From a virus (taxonomy: Duplodnaviria > Heunggongvirae > Uroviricota > Caudoviricetes): a DNA stretch of 6,129 nt. The notes beneath the pieces are model-generated. The model saw only the letters and a list, made by a program, of their open reading frames with translations, searched no databases and had not been told where the DNA came from. Position numbers and translations under genes: made by a program. The stretch is from IMG/VR virus record IMGVR_UViG_2778261202_000005; one strand, given 5' to 3'. Of the stretch, positions 1 to 4,989 are shown piece by piece. Within the stretch, counting starts at the first letter, position 1. The number at the start of each line of letters is the position of its first letter.

Positions 1-363
1 ATGGCTAGCGAACGCAGTACTGATGTGCAGGCATTTATCGGGGAGCTGGACGGCGGCGTATTTGAAACCAAAATCGGCGCAGTTCTCAGTGAAGTCGCTT
101 CCGGTGTGATGAACACGAAAACCAAAGGTAAGGTCTCACTCAACCTGGAAATCGAACCATTTGATGAGAACCGTGTGAAAATCAAACACAAACTCTCATA
201 TGTTCGCCCGACTAACCGTGGGAAAATTTCCGAAGAAGACACCACCGAAACGCCGATGTATGTCAATCGCGGTGGTCGCCTGACTATTCTGCAGGAAGAC
301 CAGGGACAATTACTGACTCTTGCCGGTGAGCCTGACGGAAAACTCCGCGCAGCAGGTCGTTAA
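1..363 (+). CDS. yfdP: Small prophage accessory protein, YfdP-like (120 aa), function unknown
   Basis: Complete ORF with ATG at position 1 and TAA at 361-363. It is followed by 274-aa and 178-aa genes, matching my recollection of the yfdP/yfdQ/yfdR lengths and order in E. coli CPS-53. The symbol is assigned from memory and synteny, not from a search. Confidence 0.55.
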   Translation: MASERSTDVQAFIGELDGGVFETKIGAVLSEVASGVMNTKTKGKVSLNLEIEPFDENRVKIKHKLSYVRPTNRGKISEEDTTETPMYVNRGGRLTILQEDQGQLLTLAGEPDGKLRAAGR

Positions 364-428
364 TATCGTTCTTAATAAACTGATTATTTATCTCATCACT
401 GAATATCTTTATATAGTGAGGACTTATT

Positions 429-1253
429 ATGTCTCAGAACTTAGACGCAACCGCAATTAATCAAATCCATGCCCTTATTTCTGCTCAGGGTGTTAATGAA
501 ATTATCAGTAAGATTGGTGCCGATGCTGTGGCATTGCCTGAGAATTTCCGCATTCATGATCTGGAAAAATTTAATTTAAATCGCTTCCGTTTCCGTGGTG
601 CGCTTTCCACTGCCAGCATCGATGACTTTACCCGTTATTCTAAAGATCTTGCAGATGAAGGCACACGCTGCTTTATCGATGCCGATAATATGCGTGCCGT
701 CAGTGTGCTTAACCTGGGTACTATTGATGAGCCAGGTCACGCAGATAACACTGCCACTCTCAAACTGAAAAAGACAGCACCGTTCTCTGCTCTGTTGTCT
801 GTTAACGGCGAGCGTAACTCCCAGAAGTCACTGGCAGAATGGATCGAAGACTGGGCCGACTACCTTGTGGGCTTTGATGCTAATGGTGATGCCATTCAGG
901 CAACAAAAGCGGCTGCGGCAATCCGTAAAATCACGATTGAAGCAAACCAGACCGCTGATTTTGAAGATAATGACTTCAGCGGCAAACGCTCCCTGATGGA
1001 ATCTGTCGAAGCGAAGACCAAAGACATTATGCCAGTGGCATTTGAATTTAAATGCGTTCCGTTTGAAGGTCTGAAAGAACGTCCGTTTAAATTACGCCTC
1101 AGCATTATCACTGGCGATCGTCCTGTACTGGTTCTGCGCATTATTCAGTTGGAAGCAGTGCAGGAGGAAATGGCTAACGAATTTCGTGATCTGCTTGTTG
1201 AGAAATTCAAAGACAGCAAAGTAGAAACCTTTATTGGTACTTTCACCGCCTGA
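429..1253 (+). CDS. yfdQ: Prophage protein of the YfdQ/DUF2303 type (274 aa), function unknown
   Basis: ORF of 274 aa with a good Shine-Dalgarno (GTGAGGA, 6 nt before the ATG at 429). Length and position upstream of an HD-domain gene match the yfdQ-yfdR arrangement. The family name is recalled, not verified. Confidence 0.7.
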   Translation: MSQNLDATAINQIHALISAQGVNEIISKIGADAVALPENFRIHDLEKFNLNRFRFRGALSTASIDDFTRYSKDLADEGTRCFIDADNMRAVSVLNLGTIDEPGHADNTATLKLKKTAPFSALLSVNGERNSQKSLAEWIEDWADYLVGFDANGDAIQATKAAAAIRKITIEANQTADFEDNDFSGKRSLMESVEAKTKDIMPVAFEFKCVPFEGLKERPFKLRLSIITGDRPVLVLRIIQLEAVQEEMANEFRDLLVEKFKDSKVETFIGTFTA

Positions 1254-1264
1254 TTTCATTACTG

Positions 1265-1288
1265 CAAATGCCCCTGCGGGGGCATTTG
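1265..1288 (+). terminator. Terminator-like hairpin downstream of the yfdQ-like gene
   Basis: Perfect 10-bp inverted repeat CAAATGCCCC / GGGGCATTTG with a 4-nt loop (TGCG), 12 nt after the stop codon. The trailing T-tract is weak (TTTG), so intrinsic termination is uncertain. Confidence 0.4.
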
Positions 1289-1381
1289 TGGAAACGTAAT
1301 TGACTCAATAATCGCCTGATGGCGAGGGTTTTCTTTAACCAAAATTCAGCGCGGTGCAGCGCATATAACGTGGAGAACAAA

Positions 1382-1918
1382 ATGTCATTTATTAAAACTT
1401 TTTCCGGGAAGCATTTTTATTATGACAGGATAAATAAAGACGACATCGTTATTAACGATATCGCGGTTTCCCTTTCAAATATCTGTCGCTTTGCAGGACA
1501 TCTTTCACACTTCTACAGCGTCGCCCAACATGCGGTGCTTTGCAGCCAGCTGGTACCGCAGGAATTTGCTTTTGAAGCGTTAATGCATGATGCAACAGAA
1601 GCGTATTGTCAGGACATCCCCGCTCCACTGAAACGCCTTCTTCCTGACTATAAACGGATGGAAGAAAAAATAGACGCCGTAATCCGTGAGAAATACGAGT
1701 TACCCCAGGTTATGAGTACGCCTGTGAAATATGCCGATCTCATCATGCTGGCAACCGAACGCCGCGATCTCGAGCTAGATGATGGCTCTTTCTGGCCTGT
1801 ACTGGAAGGTATCCCGGCAACAGAGATGTTCAAAGTTATTCCTCTAGCTCCTGGCCATGCCTACGGGCTGTTTATGGAGCGTTTTAAAGAGCTGCATAAG
1901 ATACATAAGCAATCCTGA
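1382..1918 (+). CDS. yfdR: HD-domain phosphohydrolase, YfdR-like 5'-deoxynucleotidase family (178 aa)
   Basis: Contains HD-superfamily motifs (a His in FAGHLSHFYSVAQHAV and the H-D pair in LMHDATE). The ORF track starts at 1319, but the ATG at 1382 has a GGAG Shine-Dalgarno 6 nt upstream and gives 178 aa, the length I recall for YfdR. Confidence 0.8.
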   Translation: MSFIKTFSGKHFYYDRINKDDIVINDIAVSLSNICRFAGHLSHFYSVAQHAVLCSQLVPQEFAFEALMHDATEAYCQDIPAPLKRLLPDYKRMEEKIDAVIREKYELPQVMSTPVKYADLIMLATERRDLELDDGSFWPVLEGIPATEMFKVIPLAPGHAYGLFMERFKELHKIHKQS

Positions 1919-1973
1919 CAGCGAAATTAACTAGTGAAATAGTTTTGTAGCAAAAGAAATGAGGTTATCAAAA

Positions 1974-2219
1974 ATGCTTCAAATGCTGACACTTGAGGAA
2001 TGGGCTGCGGAAAAATTTAGGAGTAATCCTCCAAGTGTGTCCACATTGCGCCGTTATGCTAAGCAGAATTTATTTTGTCCACCGGCAATGAAACAAGGTC
2101 GACTATGGCGAGTGCGTGAGGACGCAGAGTTAGTTGGGGAATTAGTTACCCCTGTCATCAAGAAAAGTGATTCTATTATTCTACAAAGGATTTTAAGTAA
2201 TGGCAGCCAGACCACGTAA
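1974..2219 (+). CDS. xis: Excisionase (lambda Xis-like)
   Basis: The segment MLTLEEW...TLRRYAKQNLFCPPAMKQGRLWRVRE aligns by eye with lambda Xis (MYLTLQEW...TVRRWVRECRIFPPPVKDGREYLF). It overlaps the int start by 20 bp, as in lambda. The start is ambiguous: in-frame ATGs at 1959, 1974 (GAGG 9 nt upstream) and 1983 (best homology alignment). Confidence 0.8.
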   Translation: MLQMLTLEEWAAEKFRSNPPSVSTLRRYAKQNLFCPPAMKQGRLWRVREDAELVGELVTPVIKKSDSIILQRILSNGSQTT

Positions 2220-3327
2220 AAATAATGTTTCAGTCCCGAACTTGTATCCGCTCTATAGCAGAAAAGTAAATAAAGTCTATTGGCGATATAAGCATCCAGT
2301 GACCGGGAAGTTTCATTCTTTGGGCACAAACGAAGCTGAAGCCATTGCCATTGCCACTGAGGCCAATACACGCCTGGCTGAGCAAAGAACCCGGCAGATT
2401 CTGGCCATCAGTGACAGGATAGCAACCAGCAAAGGGAAAGCAATCACAACGTCAACCTGGTTAGATCGCTACCAAGCGATCCAGGATGACCGACTGAAAA
2501 GTGGTGATATAAGACTCAACACTTATAAGCAGAAAGCCAAACCAGTATCCTTACTTAGGGAACGAGTAGGAATGAAGTTGATCTCAGCCGTTGATGTCAG
2601 AGATATAGCACAATTGCTTGACGAGTATATCGCTGCCGGGCAGCCGAGAATGGCGCAAGTCGTAAGGTCTGTATTGATCGATGTATTTAAGGAAGCACAG
2701 CATTATGGCGAAGTTCCGCCAGGGTATAACCCTGCTCTTGCGACGAAGCAACCCAGACGGAAAATCACCCGTCAACGCCTCAGCCTCGAAGAATGGAAAA
2801 AAATCTTCGATATCGCAGATGCCAGTCATCGTTACATGGGAAATGCCATGCTCCTAGCATTGGTCACTGGACAGCGTTTGGGGGACATATCTAAAATGAA
2901 ATTCAGCGATATTTGGGATGACCATCTACATGTCGAACAGGAAAAGACTGGAAGCAAAATCGCAATTCCTCTTTCTCTTCGCCTCAATACGATTAACTGG
3001 AGTTTACGCGATATAATAGCCCGCTGCCGTGACTATGCAGTCAGTCCATACCTAGTGCATTTTTTCCGTTCAACTTCACAAGCAGAACGTGGGGCACAGG
3101 TTAAATCCAATACATTGACGATGAACTTTAGCAAAGCGCGAGACTTGGCCGGAATTGATTGGGGTGATGGAACTCCAGCAACTTTCCATGAACAAAGATC
3201 TTTATCTGAGCGCCTTTATAGGGAACAAGGGATTGATACGCAAAAACTACTCGGACATAAATCTCCTAATCAGACAGCTAGATATCATGATGATCGTGGA
3301 AAAGATTGGGTAACTCTAGCAATTTGA
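2200..3327 (+). CDS. int: Site-specific tyrosine recombinase, lambda Int family (375 aa)
   Basis: Clear similarity to lambda Int along the whole length: N-terminal arm-binding region (PNLY), WLDRY, HVEQEKTGSKIAIP versus lambda YVEQSKTGVKIAIP, and the C-terminal catalytic region PATFHEQRSLSERLYREQ...LLGHKS...ARYHDDRGKDW with the tyrosine in RYHDDRG. Confidence 0.95.
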   Translation: MAARPRKNNVSVPNLYPLYSRKVNKVYWRYKHPVTGKFHSLGTNEAEAIAIATEANTRLAEQRTRQILAISDRIATSKGKAITTSTWLDRYQAIQDDRLKSGDIRLNTYKQKAKPVSLLRERVGMKLISAVDVRDIAQLLDEYIAAGQPRMAQVVRSVLIDVFKEAQHYGEVPPGYNPALATKQPRRKITRQRLSLEEWKKIFDIADASHRYMGNAMLLALVTGQRLGDISKMKFSDIWDDHLHVEQEKTGSKIAIPLSLRLNTINWSLRDIIARCRDYAVSPYLVHFFRSTSQAERGAQVKSNTLTMNFSKARDLAGIDWGDGTPATFHEQRSLSERLYREQGIDTQKLLGHKSPNQTARYHDDRGKDWVTLAI

Positions 3328-3369
3328 TTTTTATATTTTTATTAAAAATTAAAAAATTCAGACGCATCA

Positions 3370-3382
3370 TATCAAAAATTTA
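3370..3382 (+). promoter_or_regulatory. IHF-binding-site-like motif
   Basis: TATCAAAAATTTA fits the IHF consensus WATCAANNNNTTR. Such matches also occur by chance in AT-rich DNA. Confidence 0.3.
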
Positions 3383-3411
3383 TTAGTAAAATAGATAACT
3401 AATATTTTTCT

Positions 3412-3428
3412 TGGGGGGAGGAGCCCCC
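3412..3428. terminator. GC hairpin (GGGGGG-AGGAG-CCCCCC) between the convergent int and membrane-protein genes
   Basis: A 6-bp all-GC stem with a 5-nt loop inside otherwise very AT-rich DNA. It lies between the 3' ends of int (+) and the 4TM gene (-). No clean T-tract follows on either strand, so it may be a structural or processing element rather than a canonical terminator. Confidence 0.3.
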
Positions 3429-3461
3429 CGCACATTATATTGAAGATTAATAACTGATATA

Positions 3462-4427
3462 TCATTTCTTAAATTTAAGAATTTCTTTTAAGGCTTCTAC
3501 TATATTTTTATCCCCATCCATGCTAATTTTCTCCTTCTCAAGAGAAACCGTAGTCTGCCCTTTTTCAAGAACAAAATTACGTTCTGTAGCCATGAGATTT
3601 TTAATAACCTCACCCATTAAGTCTTCGTTTCTAATGCCCTTAAGAAACTTTATCGCCAAAACTTTGGAATCGATATTGGTAAGCTCATTTTGAAAATACT
3701 TGACCTCATCAAAACCATTTTTGTACAACTTCAAGAAGAAATAAGCAAATAGTTCAACGACAATTACAAATGATAATTTGGGGGCCATGTGAAGTATATA
3801 TTCAAGCTTATCATTTGTGTTAATAGCATTTGTAACTGAATATCCAAGGTAAAGTATCCCACAAAAAGCAATAAATGCACCTAAAACCAGATTAACCCCA
3901 CCACGTCTATTTAATCTATTTATTTCATTTTCTAAACGATATACAATATCATTATAGTGTTTACTAATTTCTATTTGATTTCTAAACGAATTTATATCAT
4001 TTTTCAAACTTAAATCTGCAGCCAAGAGAGTATTGCCTACAATCTTTTTTTTAGCATTATCGATCAACTCTTGCCTTTCTTTTGATGTGAGTAAAACACC
4101 ATTTAAATCTTTCGAATCATTTGTAACTAGTTGATTAAACTCTTGCTTTAAGGAGTCTAATTCTGACTTTAACTCTTCATATGAGTTAACATTCTTGTTT
4201 TTACTTTCACCTATTCCTTTATTAACATAATTTAATAAAAATGCTGCCATAAAAGTTAAAATCAGAGTTGCAATAAAGAAACTATTTTCATCTTGAAGTA
4301 TTTTAGCAACAGTGGAAAAATAACTTACGAGAAGAGGCTGAGCATTATAAAGCCCCATTCCTAACAAAACTGCAATTGCCGTACCTAAAACGAACCTTAC
4401 TTCTTGTCTTTTTAGTAACCTATTCAT
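3462..4427 (-). CDS. Four-helix membrane protein with a central coiled-coil-like cytoplasmic segment (321 aa); candidate membrane effector
   Basis: Complete ORF (ATG 4425-4427, stop 3462-3464), very AT-rich. Predicted hydrophobic helices at about residues 12-37, 50-68, 178-198 and 218-235. A positively charged N-terminus (KRQEVR) suggests N-in topology. Residues 70-175 are charged and heptad-like; a C-terminal soluble domain of about 85 aa follows. No enzymatic motif is recognisable by eye. Confidence 0.85.
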   Translation of the reverse strand: MNRLLKRQEVRFVLGTAIAVLLGMGLYNAQPLLVSYFSTVAKILQDENSFFIATLILTFMAAFLLNYVNKGIGESKNKNVNSYEELKSELDSLKQEFNQLVTNDSKDLNGVLLTSKERQELIDNAKKKIVGNTLLAADLSLKNDINSFRNQIEISKHYNDIVYRLENEINRLNRRGGVNLVLGAFIAFCGILYLGYSVTNAINTNDKLEYILHMAPKLSFVIVVELFAYFFLKLYKNGFDEVKYFQNELTNIDSKVLAIKFLKGIRNEDLMGEVIKNLMATERNFVLEKGQTTVSLEKEKISMDGDKNIVEALKEILKFKK

Positions 4428-4544
4428 TATGACACCATATGTTATTATTTAACGTTTTATTAAATTCAAAATACTGCCCGAGATTTTAATACTCATAACA
4501 AAATAAGAATTAATATACAAAATTTTTCATACTACAAGCAAGGC

Positions 4545-4576
4545 TTTGATAAATTGTTTTGATAACGATTTGATAA
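4545..4576. promoter_or_regulatory. Array of three TTTGATAA direct repeats upstream of the membrane-protein gene
   Basis: TTTGATAA occurs at 4545-4552, 4558-4565 and 4569-4576 (spacing 13 and 11 bp), with a fourth copy at 4623-4630. The array sits 118-150 bp upstream of the minus-strand start at 4427. The first copy (TTGATAAATT) also resembles the H-NS high-affinity motif TCGATAAATT. Confidence 0.3.
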
Positions 4577-4595
4577 CCGTTAGAAATCTAATAAT

Positions 4596-4626
4596 AAAAA
4601 CGGGAGCCATCAGACTTCCGTTTTTG
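4596..4626. terminator. Bidirectional intrinsic-terminator-like hairpin
   Basis: AAAAACGGGAG-(8-nt loop)-CTTCCGTTTTT: an A-tract, a stem of about 11 bp with one wobble or mismatch, then a T-tract. On the minus strand the stem is followed by TTTTTATTATT. It lies about 365 nt downstream of the NTase stop and 170 nt upstream of the membrane-protein start. Confidence 0.45.
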
Positions 4627-4930
4627 ATAACCCGGAGCCTAGATTTGGCTACCCCAGCAGGAAGATGCAACGTCCACGATTGTCACAAATCAGGCTGGCC
4701 CGAGGCAGAATGGCGACTGTGAGGGAGAAACGAAAGTTCACACTCGTTCTCACTGCTGATGGGGGGTTCACTAACAATCTCAAGCACTAATTAATGGACG
4801 AAACTCTACACAAAGCCCCATTTTGTAGGAAAACTGGTAACGGATTAGTAATACTACCCGGCCAGAACATGACCGACCGGGTAAAAAAATATCCTGACGC
4901 TACTAAGCCTTTAAGATTTGACTAACCTAG
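4596..4930 (-). ncRNA. Candidate structured non-coding RNA or long 3' UTR element (hypothetical)
   Basis: A GC-rich island (about 50% GC by eye, against about 25-30% in the flanks) with no ORF of 60 aa or more. On the minus strand it is bracketed by promoter-like -10 boxes upstream and the terminator-like hairpin downstream. It contains a further hairpin (ACCCGG...CCGGGT at 4856-4882). Boundaries are approximate and expression is unproven. Confidence 0.25.
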
Positions 4931-4937
4931 TGCTTAC

Positions 4938-4977
4938 ATTATAGAGAACTGCTTATGCCTTCTAAATTATAGAGTAA
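4938..4977 (-). promoter_or_regulatory. Tandem sigma70-like promoter elements just downstream of the NTase stop
   Basis: Two perfect TATAAT hexamers on the minus strand (plus-strand coordinates 4966-4971 and 4938-4943), each in a CTCTATAAT context. The second has a TTTAGA -35-like hexamer 17 bp upstream (4/6 match to TTGACA). Confidence 0.3.
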
Positions 4978-4989
4978 AAATACTCACCA

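Larger units (their letters stand above)
1..3461 (+). mobile_element. Integration-module end of a lambdoid prophage or phage (accessory genes, xis, int, att-like region)
   Basis: Co-oriented plus-strand genes ending in an overlapping xis-int pair with lambda-like protein sequences, followed by an AT-rich non-coding stretch with an IHF-like motif. GC content drops sharply beyond about 3330. The other prophage boundary is not in the window. Confidence 0.6.
3328..3461. other. Putative attachment-site (att) region downstream of int
   Basis: AT-rich non-coding stretch immediately 3' of int, where lambda carries attP. It contains an IHF-consensus-like motif and a GC hairpin. The core and exact junction cannot be placed without an attB comparison. 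Confidence 0.35.

Noticed and set aside
896-1141. Minus-strand ORF of 81 aa inside the yfdQ-like gene
   Set aside because: It lies entirely antisense within a well-supported plus-strand CDS, has no ribosome-binding site and a low-complexity Ser/Arg-rich translation. Most likely a chance ORF.
1319-1381. Upstream ATG at 1319 as the start of the HD-domain gene (199-aa form)
   Set aside because: No Shine-Dalgarno precedes it, whereas the ATG at 1382 has GGAG at the right distance and gives the recalled family length of 178 aa.
1648-1833. Minus-strand ORF of 61 aa inside the HD-domain gene
   Set aside because: Antisense to a CDS with clear HD motifs, and Ser/Arg-rich. Most likely spurious.
2054-2371. 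Minus-strand ORF of 105 aa spanning the xis/int junction
   Set aside because: Antisense to two genes with strong lambda homology. The translation (WQWQW repeats) looks like an artefact.
2584-2829. Minus-strand ORF of 81 aa inside int
   Set aside because: Antisense within the integrase CDS, with no supporting signals.
4464-4469. Sigma70 promoter for the membrane gene (TTGAAT -35-like hexamer)
   Set aside because: No convincing -10 hexamer sits at 16-18 bp spacing. The region is so AT-rich that hexamer matches are not informative.
4528-4610. Minus-strand mini-ORF of 27 codons (MAPVFIIRFLTVIKSLSKQFIKALLVV) starting at 4610
   Set aside because: It starts inside the terminator hairpin, has no ribosome-binding site, and its sequence is the direct translation of the AT-rich repeat array.
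4751-4775. tRNA or tmRNA 3' end as integration target (GGGGGGTTCA resembles a T-arm)
   Set aside because: No acceptor stem or CCA context and no cloverleaf can be drawn around it, and it lies about 1.3 kb from the int-proximal att region.
4596-4989. Retron msr/msd, type III toxin-antitoxin repeats or a CRISPR array in the spacer
   Set aside because: There is no reverse-transcriptase gene, no tandem repeats of about 30-40 nt and no repeat-spacer periodicity. Only short 8-bp motifs and isolated hairpins are present.
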